Assembly (NCBI GenBank): GCA_955652705.1
Contig: CATPBK010000100.1
Coordinates: forward strand, 661-64,660
Reading direction: 5' to 3'
Origin: Candidatus Dormiibacterota bacterium
GTDB lineage: Bacteria > Chloroflexota > Dormibacteria > Dormibacterales > Dormibacteraceae
Length of the DNA: 64,000 nt
The notes below the pieces were generated by a model. The model was not told the origin of the DNA and made no database searches. It was given only the letters and a program-made list of their open reading frames with translations. Shown here piece after piece: positions 8,533 through 16,368 of the stretch; the stretch's first letter is position 1; each line of letters opens with the position of its first letter. Both the position numbers and the translations under genes were made by a program.

Positions 8533-11202
8533 CTACTTGGTCGTGGAGCCCTCGGCCACCACCGCCTGCGCGGCCGCCAGCCTGGCGACCGGGACCCGGT
8601 AGGGGCTGCAGGAGACATAGTCCAGGCCCAGCTCATGGCAGAGCTGGATCGAGTCGGGGTCACCACCGTGCTCCCCGCAGATGCCGACCTCGAGGTCGGG
8701 CCGGGTCTGCCGGCCCTCGTCGACGGCGATCGCCATAAGACGGCCGACGCCGTTGCGGTCGAGGGTCTCGAAGGGGTTCTGGGGCAGGATCTTCTGCTCC
8801 ACGTAGCGGCCGATGAACTTGCCCTCGGCGTCGTCGCGGCTGAAGCCGAACGTGGTCTGCGTCAGGTCGTTGGTGCCGAAGGAGAAGAACTGCGCCTCGC
8901 GGGCGATCTCGGAGGCGGTCAGCGCCGCCCGCGGGATCTCGATCATGGTGCCGAACTTGTACTCGACCTCGACGCCCTTCTCCTTCTGGACCTGCCGTGC
9001 CACCGGCTCCAGCTCGTGCTTCACGAACCGCAGCTCGTTCACGTGCCCGACCAGCGGGATCATGATCTCGGGCCGGGCGTCGACCCCCTTCTTTTTCAGG
9101 TTGCAGGCCGCCTCCATGATGGCCCGGACCTGCATCCGGGTGATCTCAGGAAACAGGATCGAGAGCCGGCAGCCGCGCAAGCCCAACATGGGGTTGGCCT
9201 CGCGCAGCTGTTCGACACGGTCGAGCAGCCTCTGGACCTTCTTCAGCTTGGGACTCTTCGGGTTCTTGATTCGCAGCTCGGTCGCCTCGACCAGGAGCGC
9301 TTCGAAGTTGGGCAGGAACTCGTGGAGCGGTGGGTCGATCAGGCGGATCACGACCGGCAGCCCGTGCATGGCCTTGAAGATGCCCTCGAAGTCAGAGCGC
9401 TGGACCGGGAGCAGCTTCTCGAGCTGCTTCTCGCGCTCCTTGGTCGAGTCGGCCAGGATCATCGCCTGCACGATGGGCAGCCGCTCCTCCTCCATGAACA
9501 TGTGCTCGGTGCGGCAAAGCCCGATGCCCTGGGCACCGTTCTCACGCGCCTTCTCCGCGTCCCGCGGATAGTCCGCGTTGGCCCAGACCTGGAGCCGGCG
9601 GATCGCGTCGGCCCAGCCGAGCAGCGTCTTCTGGTCGGCCGACGGCTTCGGCTCGATGGTCTTCACCTGGCCCGAGTAGACCGCCCCGTTGGTGCCGTCG
9701 ATAGTGATCGTGTCGCCCTGCTTGACCACTGTCCCGTTGGAGCTGAACTTGCGCTCCCGGAGGTCGACATCGATCTGGTTGGCGCCCACGACGCAGGGCC
9801 GGCCCATGCCGCGGGCGACCAGGGCCGCGTGGCTGGCGGTGCCGCCGGTTGAGGTCAGGATGCCCTTGGCGGCGATCATCCCGTGCACGTCGGAGGGGTT
9901 GGTCTCGACGCGGACCAGGATCACCGCCTTGCCCTCCTTCCCCCACTCCTCCGCAGTGTCGGGGTCGAAGACGGCCTGGCCCGTGGCCGCGCCCGGCGAG
10001 GCCGGCACACCCTTGCCGATGGGCTTGGCGTTGGCCTGCGGGTCGACGCGCGGGTGGAGCAGCTGCTCGAGCTGGCGGGGCTCGACGCGGGCGACCGCCT
10101 CCTCGCGCGAAACGAGGCCCTCGCCCTCCATGGCGACCGCGATGCGGACCGCCGCCTCGCCCGTCCGCTTGGCGTTCCGGGTCTGGAGCATATAGAGCTT
10201 TCCGCGCTCGATCGTGAACTCCAGGTCCTGGACGTCGCGATAGTGCTTTTCGAGCTTCTCGGCGTAGTCCTGAAATTGCCGGTAAACCTCCGGGTTGTGC
10301 TTCTTCAGCCCGCTGATCGGCTCGGTGTCACGAATCCCGGCCACGACGTCCTCGCCCTGGGCGTTGCGGAGGTAGTCGCCGTAGAGCTCCTTGGCGCCCG
10401 TGATCGGGTTGCGCGTGAAGGCGACGCCCGTCCCGGAGCCGTCGCCCATGTTGCCGAAGACCATGGTCTGCACGTTGACCGCCGTGCCCAGGTCGTCGGG
10501 GATCTTCTCCGCGCGGCGGTAGGCGACCGCGCGCTCGGTGTTCCAGGAGCTGAAGACGGCGTTGATGGCGGCGCGCAGCTGCTCGAGCGGATCTTCAGGA
10601 AACGCTTCATGCGTGTGCTTCTTATAGAGGCCTTTGAAGGCCTCGACCACTTCCCGCAGCTCCTTCGGCTTGAGCTCGGGGTCGGTCTTCACGCCGGCCA
10701 GCTTCTTGGCGCCCGAAAGAGCGTCTTCGAAGAGCTCGCCCTCGATGCCCTTCACGATCTTGCCGAACATCTGTATGAACCGGCGGTAGGCGTCGAGCGC
10801 GAAGCGCTCATCGCCGGTCAGGCGCTGGAGGCCCGTCAGAGTGGCCTGGTTCAAGCCCAGGTTGAGGACCGTGTCCATCATCCCCGGCATCGAGAACTTG
10901 GCGCCCGAGCGGACGCTGACGAGGAGAGGGTTGGCGGCGTCGCCGAAACCCTTACCGGCCTGCTGCTCGACCTCCTTCAGCGCCTCGGTGACCTGTTCCC
11001 AGAGGCCTTTCGGAAACTTGCGGCCGTCCGCGTAGTACTGCCGGCAGGCCTCGGTCGTGATCGTCAACCCGGGTGGCACGGGCATCCCCGCGCGCGTCAT
11101 CTCCGCGACCCCGGCGCCCTTGCCGCCGAGCAGGTCGCGCAGGTCCTTGGAACCCTCTTTGAAGAGGTACACCCATTTCGTCTGCGTTGCTGTCTGCCCC
11201 AT
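8533..11202 (-). CDS. ppdK: pyruvate, phosphate dikinase
   Basis: The conserved N-terminus MGQTATQTKWVYLFKEGSKDLRDLLGGKGAGVAEM starts at the ATG at 11200-11202. The catalytic His region GGTASHAALVARGMG and the PEP-utiliser C-terminus are present. The track ORF extends 147 codons further (Arg-rich junk overlapping RayT), so I trimmed it. Confidence 0.93.
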   Translation of the reverse strand: MGQTATQTKWVYLFKEGSKDLRDLLGGKGAGVAEMTRAGMPVPPGLTITTEACRQYYADGRKFPKGLWEQVTEALKEVEQQAGKGFGDAANPLLVSVRSGAKFSMPGMMDTVLNLGLNQATLTGLQRLTGDERFALDAYRRFIQMFGKIVKGIEGELFEDALSGAKKLAGVKTDPELKPKELREVVEAFKGLYKKHTHEAFPEDPLEQLRAAINAVFSSWNTERAVAYRRAEKIPDDLGTAVNVQTMVFGNMGDGSGTGVAFTRNPITGAKELYGDYLRNAQGEDVVAGIRDTEPISGLKKHNPEVYRQFQDYAEKLEKHYRDVQDLEFTIERGKLYMLQTRNAKRTGEAAVRIAVAMEGEGLVSREEAVARVEPRQLEQLLHPRVDPQANAKPIGKGVPASPGAATGQAVFDPDTAEEWGKEGKAVILVRVETNPSDVHGMIAAKGILTSTGGTASHAALVARGMGRPCVVGANQIDVDLRERKFSSNGTVVKQGDTITIDGTNGAVYSGQVKTIEPKPSADQKTLLGWADAIRRLQVWANADYPRDAEKARENGAQGIGLCRTEHMFMEEERLPIVQAMILADSTKEREKQLEKLLPVQRSDFEGIFKAMHGLPVVIRLIDPPLHEFLPNFEALLVEATELRIKNPKSPKLKKVQRLLDRVEQLREANPMLGLRGCRLSILFPEITRMQVRAIMEAACNLKKKGVDARPEIMIPLVGHVNELRFVKHELEPVARQVQKEKGVEVEYKFGTMIEIPRAALTASEIAREAQFFSFGTNDLTQTTFGFSRDDAEGKFIGRYVEQKILPQNPFETLDRNGVGRLMAIAVDEGRQTRPDLEVGICGEHGGDPDSIQLCHELGLDYVSCSPYRVPVARLAAAQAVVAEGSTTK

Positions 11203-11258
11203 GTCTGTTGATAAGTTTGACGGACTGGCGACCTCGGTTCCGAGGCCTTTAATGGGCC

Positions 11259-11804
11259 TCAACCCTGGAGGAGGTCGTAGGGGCGGGACTTGTCCCGCCC
11301 GTCGAGGGATAACCTCGAACGAGGGGGTGGTGTCCGCGGTGGAACCGCCGCATTCTCGTGATCCTCGGCCCACCTTGCGGGATTCGCTTCGATGTAGTTC
11401 CAGGCCGCCTCCAGCTCTCGTTCGTCGCGAATGACTCTGTCGTAGTAACCCCGCTGCCAGATCGGTTGGCCGGCTCGCCGGGTGACAGCCGCCTTGTAGA
11501 CACCGACGAAGGTGCTCAATCGAGTGCGACGGGAGAGGGAGTCGGTGCCCAAGTTCAACCAGACGATTCCGTGCACGTGGTTGGGCATCAGCACGAACAC
11601 GTGGGACTTCGCATCGGGGAACAGCGAAGCGGATCGCCACCACTCGGCTTCGGCGATTGTGCCGAGCTCGGACCGCGACATCGCGGCGTGTTCGTCGATG
11701 CTTCCGAACAGCTCGTATCGCAAGCGGGTCACGACCGTGACGAAATACCAGTCGGGGGCGCTGTAGTCCCAGTGTTTCAGTCGGGGCGAGCGGCGCTGGA
11801 TCAC
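11259..11804 (-). CDS. REP-associated tyrosine (Y1, IS200-like) transposase, RayT type
   Basis: 181 aa with HUH motif LMPNHVHGIVW and the C-terminal block WQRGYYDRVIRDERELEAAWNYIEANPARW. There is no tnpB partner, and the gene is flanked by inverted REP hairpins (next three features). Confidence 0.8.
   Translation of the reverse strand: MIQRRSPRLKHWDYSAPDWYFVTVVTRLRYELFGSIDEHAAMSRSELGTIAEAEWWRSASLFPDAKSHVFVLMPNHVHGIVWLNLGTDSLSRRTRLSTFVGVYKAAVTRRAGQPIWQRGYYDRVIRDERELEAAWNYIEANPARWAEDHENAAVPPRTPPPRSRLSLDGRDKSRPYDLLQG
11276..11306 (+). repeat. REP hairpin copy 1 (GTAG head + 9-bp stem)
   Basis: Sequence cGTAG-GGGCGGGAC-TT-GTCCCGCCC-gtcgag. It lies inside the last ~15 codons of the RayT ORF. Confidence 0.8.
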
Positions 11805-11860
11805 GCGCCGATCATGGATCAGAGGCGCTGTGCGTGTCAGCCCTTATTAACAGCCGGACC

Positions 11861-11891
11861 CACGACGGGCGAGACAAGTCTCGCCCCTACG
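11861..11891 (-). repeat. REP hairpin copy 2 (inverted relative to copy 1)
   Basis: The reverse complement is cGTAG-GGGCGAGAC-TT-GTCTCGCCC-gtcgtg. It matches copy 1 at 28/31 positions, with a compensatory G:C to A:T stem change. Confidence 0.8.
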
Positions 11892-11901
11892 ACACCTAAT
11901 C

Positions 11902-11932
11902 CACGACGGGCGAGACAAGTCTCGCCCCTACG
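11902..11932 (-). repeat. REP hairpin copy 3 (identical to copy 2, 10-nt spacer)
   Basis: Exact 31-nt duplicate of copy 2. It ends 1 nt before the glyQS stop codon. Confidence 0.8.
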
Positions 11933-13246
11933 TTAGAAGCGCTGGGTTAACTCATCGACCAGCTCGGCGATGGGGACCCGGACCTGCTCCATCGAGTCCC
12001 GCTCCCGGATCGTGACCGCCCGGTCCTGCAGCGAGTCGAAGTCGACCGTGACGCAGTAAGGCGTGCCGACCTCGTCCTGCCGGCGATAGCGACGCCCGAT
12101 ATTGCCGCCGGTCTGGTCGTACTCGACCCGGAAGTGCGGCCGCAGCGCGGTCACGATCTCGCGCGCGGGTCCAATCAGCTCTTCCTTCTTGGAGAGGGGC
12201 ATCACCGCCACCTGGACCGGCGCCACGTTGCGGTGGAAGCGCAGCACGACCCGGGTCTCGCCTTTGACCTCGTCCTCGTCGTAAGCGTCGAGAAGCAGCA
12301 TGATCGCGATCCGGTCGGCGCCGACCGCCGGTTCGATCACCCATGGCAGGTAGCGCTCGTTCGTCTCCGGGTCCAGGTAGCTCAGGTCCTCGCCGGAGCG
12401 CTCCTGGTGCGTGCGGAGGTCGAAGTCGGTGCGGTCGGCCACGCCCTCCAGCTCCCCCCAGCCGAAAGGGAAGTCGTACTCGATGTCGGTTGTCTGCTTC
12501 GAATAGTGGGAAAGGCTCTCCTTGGGATGGTCGAAGAAGCGCAGGCGGTCGGGCCTGACGCCGAGCACCTCCTGGTACCAGCGCATCCGCTCGGCCCGCC
12601 AGTACTCGAACCAGCGGTCGTCCTCGTCAGGCTTGACGAAGTACTCCATCTCCATGAGCTCGAACTCGCGAAGCCGGAACACGAAGTTGCCCGGCGTGAT
12701 CTCGTTGCGGAAAGCGCGGCCCTGCTGGGCGATGCCGAAGGGGATGCGGACGCGGGTCGAGTTGAGCACGTTCTTGAAGTCCACGAACATGCCCTGGGCG
12801 GTCTCCGGGCGGAGGTGGACCTCGGAGGCGGAATCGGCGACCGGGCCCACGTGAGTGGCGAACATGAGGTTGAAGAGGCGCGGCTCGCTCAGCGCGCCGC
12901 CGCAGTTCGGACAGCGGCCGCCCTGCACCTGGTCGCCCCGCCAGCGGCGCTTGCAGTCACCAAGGCATTGCACCAGCGGGTCCACGAAGTTGTCGACGTG
13001 GCCGGAGGCTTTCCAGACCTCCGGGTGCATGATCAAGGTCGACTCCAGCCCGACCACGTCGTCCCGCAGCTCGACCAGATGCCGCCACCAGAGCTCGCGG
13101 ATGTTGCGCTTCAGCGCCACGCCATAGGGGCCGTAGTCGTAGAACCCGGAGAGGCCCCCGTAGATCTCGCTCGACTGGAAGATGAATCCCCGCCGCTTGC
13201 AGAGCGCGGTGACCTTCTCCATGAGGTCGTCGCGGGTGATCGCCAC
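11933..13246 (-). CDS. glyQS: glycine--tRNA ligase (class II, homodimeric type)
   Basis: 437 aa. N-terminus MAITRDDLMEKVTALCKRRGFIFQSSEIYGGLSGFYDYGPYG, and class II motifs are present. GTG start. Confidence 0.95.
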   Translation of the reverse strand: MAITRDDLMEKVTALCKRRGFIFQSSEIYGGLSGFYDYGPYGVALKRNIRELWWRHLVELRDDVVGLESTLIMHPEVWKASGHVDNFVDPLVQCLGDCKRRWRGDQVQGGRCPNCGGALSEPRLFNLMFATHVGPVADSASEVHLRPETAQGMFVDFKNVLNSTRVRIPFGIAQQGRAFRNEITPGNFVFRLREFELMEMEYFVKPDEDDRWFEYWRAERMRWYQEVLGVRPDRLRFFDHPKESLSHYSKQTTDIEYDFPFGWGELEGVADRTDFDLRTHQERSGEDLSYLDPETNERYLPWVIEPAVGADRIAIMLLLDAYDEDEVKGETRVVLRFHRNVAPVQVAVMPLSKKEELIGPAREIVTALRPHFRVEYDQTGGNIGRRYRRQDEVGTPYCVTVDFDSLQDRAVTIRERDSMEQVRVPIAELVDELTQRF

Positions 13247-13269
13247 TAGTCGACTGTAACGGCCACTAG
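13246..13269. repeat. solo copy of the MITE terminal repeat core, bracketed by CTAG
   Basis: CTAG-tcGACTGTAACGGCCA-CTAG fills the whole recO-stop to glyQS-start spacer. The 13-nt core ACTGTAACGGCCA is identical to both ends of the element at 53908-54123. Confidence 0.6.
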
Positions 13270-13982
13270 CCGGCTGTCCGCATCCGCCTCAGGAAGCGCA
13301 GCGAGTTGAGCCGGCGGTCGAGGTGGTACTCGAGCTGGGCGGTCAGGACCTCCTCCACGGCGTCCAGGATGCCGGGACCCAGCTTGAGCCGCCGGTAGAG
13401 GGCCAGATCGCCGGCGAAGATCACCCGGAGCACCTTGATCGCGCCCGTCTCAGAGGCGGGCTCGGCCGGGTCCGAGCAGCGCGGACAGAGGAAGCCGCCC
13501 GCGGCCGCCGAGAAAGGCGCCGGGGCATCGGGAAGCGGCCCCTCGCAGCGCGCGCACTGCGCCAGCTGAGGCGCATAGCCCATCAGGTCGAGCGCCGCGG
13601 CCAAGAAGTAGGCCGATCCCCGCCGCGGGTCGGCGTCGGCGGCCAGCTGGTTCAGCGCCCAGGCGGTCAGCTCGTATAGGTTCTCGACCGGGTTGCGGTC
13701 CTCGGTCACGCGCTCGGCCAGCTCCGCGACCAGCGCGGCGTAGGCGGTCCGGTCGGGGTCGGCCTGGATCCGAGGACCGGGCTTGCGCTCGACCTGGGCG
13801 ATCACGTCGAGGTTGCGCCCCCGGGCGAGCAGGACGTCCACCTGCCCGTAGAGCTGGAGCGGCGCCGCCAGGCGGCTCGAAGTCTTGCGCACGCCCTTGG
13901 CGATGGCGCCCACCTTGCCGTGCTCCTTCGTAAGCAGCGTGAAGATGCGGTCGGCCTCGCCGTAGTCGAGCTTGCGAAGCAC
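13266..13982 (-). CDS. recO: DNA repair protein RecO
   Basis: 238 aa from the GTG at 13982 (LRKLDYGEADRIFTLLTKEHGKVGAIAKGVRK...CARCEG...FLCPRC). Conserved RecO N-terminal residues (STYRDSAVV) continue upstream, so the true start is probably the CTG at 14007-14009. Confidence 0.85.
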   Translation of the reverse strand: MLRKLDYGEADRIFTLLTKEHGKVGAIAKGVRKTSSRLAAPLQLYGQVDVLLARGRNLDVIAQVERKPGPRIQADPDRTAYAALVAELAERVTEDRNPVENLYELTAWALNQLAADADPRRGSAYFLAAALDLMGYAPQLAQCARCEGPLPDAPAPFSAAAGGFLCPRCSDPAEPASETGAIKVLRVIFAGDLALYRRLKLGPGILDAVEEVLTAQLEYHLDRRLNSLRFLRRMRTAG

Positions 13983-14005
13983 GACCGCGGAGTCCCGGTA
14001 GGTGC

Positions 14006-15376
14006 TCAGGCTTGCTCCTCGGAACGCTCCCGCTCGAGGTTCTGCAGGTGATCGCGAGCTTCTTCGCGCTTGATGAGACCGACGTCGAGCAGGGTGTCGA
14101 CTGGCCAGGGCTCCGAGGACTGGATGCGGACCTGGCGCACGCGCTGGCCGTCCATCGCCTCCACGGTCCAGGTCGAGCCGTCCGCCTCGAACGTCGCGCC
14201 CGGCTTGGGTATCTCGCCGAGGACCGAATTGACGTACCCGCCCACCGAGTCGTACTCCTCGCTCTCGCCAAGCCGCAGCCCCAGCTTGTCGCAGAGCTCG
14301 TCGATCGGGTAGCTGCCGTCGACCAGCACCTCGGTCTGAGAGACGAACTGGATCGGCTCCTTCTCGGCCTGGTCGTACTCGTCGCGGATCTCGCCGACGA
14401 TTTCCTCGAGCACGTCTTCGAGCGTCACAATGCCGGCCGTTCCGCCGTACTCGTCGACCACCACCATCATGTGCGCCCGGTAGGTCCGCATCTCGTGCAG
14501 GAGCTCGTCGACCTTCTTCTGCTCGGGCACCTGGCGGATCGGCCGCAGCGCCTTCAGGATCTGGAAGTCGCGCCCGCCGTGCGCGTAGAAGCGGAGCAGG
14601 TCCTTCACGTGGATCAGGCCGATGATGTGGTCGATGTCCTTCTCATAGACAGGCAGGCGCGTGTGCCCGTGGGCCGCGATCAGGCGCTGGATCTCCTCCA
14701 GCGAAGCGCTCTTGTCGACGGCGATCACGTCGGTCCGCGGCACCATCACCTCGCGGACCAGCATGTCGCCGATCTCGATGATGGAGTCGATCATCTCGCG
14801 CTCTTCTTCCTCGATGACGCCCTGCTCCTCGGACACGTGGAGGAGCGTCATCAGCTCCGCTTCCGTGACGTATGGCCGCGGCTGCGCGCCCGGGATCACG
14901 GCGCGGCTGACGGCGGTCACAAACCACAAGATCGGCGAAAAAACCGTCGCCAGCGCGTCGACTATCGGCGCCACCTGGAGCGCCACCCGGTCGGCGTGGC
15001 GGACGGCCAGAGTCTTCGGCGTGACCTCCGCGAAGATGAGCAGGAAGACCGAGAGGAGAAGGCTGACGACAAAGTCGGTCAACGTCCCCAGGGCGTGGGG
15101 CACCACAGGGTGGATCAACTGCAAGCTGAGAAGCGTCGCCGAGGCCGAGGCCAGGATGAGGGCGAAGGTGTTGACCACCAGGACCGTCCCCAGGAAACGG
15201 TTCGGGTCCTGCTGCAAGCGCTGCAACGTGGCCGCCTTGGGGCTGCCTTCCTCTGCGAGGTGACGCACGCGGAGCCGGCTCACAGAGGTCAACGCGGTCT
15301 CGGTTCCCGACGCCAGCGCGGCGGCGAAGATGCAGATGACGAGGATGGTCGCCTCGCCCCAAGCCTGGGCGCTCAT
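14006..15376 (-). CDS. CNNM/DUF21 transmembrane domain - CBS pair - CorC_HlyC family transporter (TlyC/CorC-like)
   Basis: 456 aa with an N-terminal 4-TM DUF21 domain, tandem CBS domains (VREVMVPRTDV..., HMMVVVDEYGGTAGIVTLEDVLEEIVGEI) and a CorC C-terminal domain. Confidence 0.85.
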   Translation of the reverse strand: MSAQAWGEATILVICIFAAALASGTETALTSVSRLRVRHLAEEGSPKAATLQRLQQDPNRFLGTVLVVNTFALILASASATLLSLQLIHPVVPHALGTLTDFVVSLLLSVFLLIFAEVTPKTLAVRHADRVALQVAPIVDALATVFSPILWFVTAVSRAVIPGAQPRPYVTEAELMTLLHVSEEQGVIEEEEREMIDSIIEIGDMLVREVMVPRTDVIAVDKSASLEEIQRLIAAHGHTRLPVYEKDIDHIIGLIHVKDLLRFYAHGGRDFQILKALRPIRQVPEQKKVDELLHEMRTYRAHMMVVVDEYGGTAGIVTLEDVLEEIVGEIRDEYDQAEKEPIQFVSQTEVLVDGSYPIDELCDKLGLRLGESEEYDSVGGYVNSVLGEIPKPGATFEADGSTWTVEAMDGQRVRQVRIQSSEPWPVDTLLDVGLIKREEARDHLQNLERERSEEQA

Positions 15377-15378
15377 GG

Positions 15379-16368
15379 CTATCTGAAGAGCTCTGAGACG
15401 CTCCGGTTCTCGTGCACGCGGATGATCGCCTCGGCCAGCAGGGGAGCGACGGAGAGCACGGTCAACGGCGCGCCGCGCTTCCCTTCAGGGACTGGGATGG
15501 AGTCGGTCAGCACGACCTCTTCGAAGGGCGCGCCTCGCAGGTTCTCGAGCGAGTTGCCGGTCAGCACGGCGTGGGACGCGGCCGCGTAAATCGAGCCCGC
15601 GCCGGCCGACTTCAGAGCTCGCGCCGCCGCGCAGACCGTGTTGCCGGTCGTGATCATGTCGTCGACCACTACGCAGTCCTTGCCAGCCACCTCGCCAACC
15701 ACGTTCAGCACCTCCGTCTCCTCGTCGACGGGTCGCCGCTTGTCGATGATGACGAGGGAGGCGTGCAGCATAGTCGCCAGCTGGCGCGCGCGCTTCACCC
15801 CGCCCACGTCCGGCGCGACCACGGCGAGGTCGCGCGTCTTCTTCGTCTCCAGGTACGCGGCGATGATCTTGAGCGCGGTCAGGTGGTCGGTGGGAACGTC
15901 GAAGAAGCCCTCGATCGCCTCGGTATGCAGGTCGAGGAGGAGGACTCGGTCGGCGCCGGCCAGCGTGACGATGTTCGCGATCAGCTTCGCCGTGATCGGC
16001 TCGCGCGGCTGCGATTTGCGCTCCTTGCGCGCGTATCCGTAGTACGGGATCACCGCCGTCACCCGGCCGGCCGAAGCCCGGCGGAGGGCGTCCAGGATAA
16101 TGAACAGCTCCATCAGGTTCTCGTTGACCGGGTGGCAGGTGGGCTGGATCACGAAGACGTCGTGCCCGCGCATCGAGTCGGCGATCTTGACGTCGATCTC
16201 ACCGTCCGAGAAGCGCCGGACCTTCGGGTCGGTGAGGGGCACACCGATCTCCTCCGAGATGCGCCCGGCCAGCTGCGGGTTGGCGTCGCCCGAGATCAGC
16301 TTCAGGGCGCCCCAGGGCGAGGCCTCCTCGCTGGCGTACTCGACCGCGGTCTGCACCCTGCCGATCAT
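15379..16368 (-). CDS. prs: ribose-phosphate diphosphokinase
   Basis: 329 aa with motifs FSDGEIDVKI, IPYYGYARKERK and VDDMITTGNT. Its start forms an ATGA overlap with the glmU stop. Confidence 0.93.
   Translation of the reverse strand: MIGRVQTAVEYASEEASPWGALKLISGDANPQLAGRISEEIGVPLTDPKVRRFSDGEIDVKIADSMRGHDVFVIQPTCHPVNENLMELFIILDALRRASAGRVTAVIPYYGYARKERKSQPREPITAKLIANIVTLAGADRVLLLDLHTEAIEGFFDVPTDHLTALKIIAAYLETKKTRDLAVVAPDVGGVKRARQLATMLHASLVIIDKRRPVDEETEVLNVVGEVAGKDCVVVDDMITTGNTVCAAARALKSAGAGSIYAAASHAVLTGNSLENLRGAPFEEVVLTDSIPVPEGKRGAPLTVLSVAPLLAEAIIRVHENRSVSELFR

Noticed and set aside
11203-11643. N-terminal 147-codon extension of the ppdK ORF (track ORF 8533..11643)
   Set aside because: The extension is Arg/Pro-rich, overlaps the RayT gene and a REP hairpin, and the conserved PpdK N-terminus begins exactly at the ATG at 11202.
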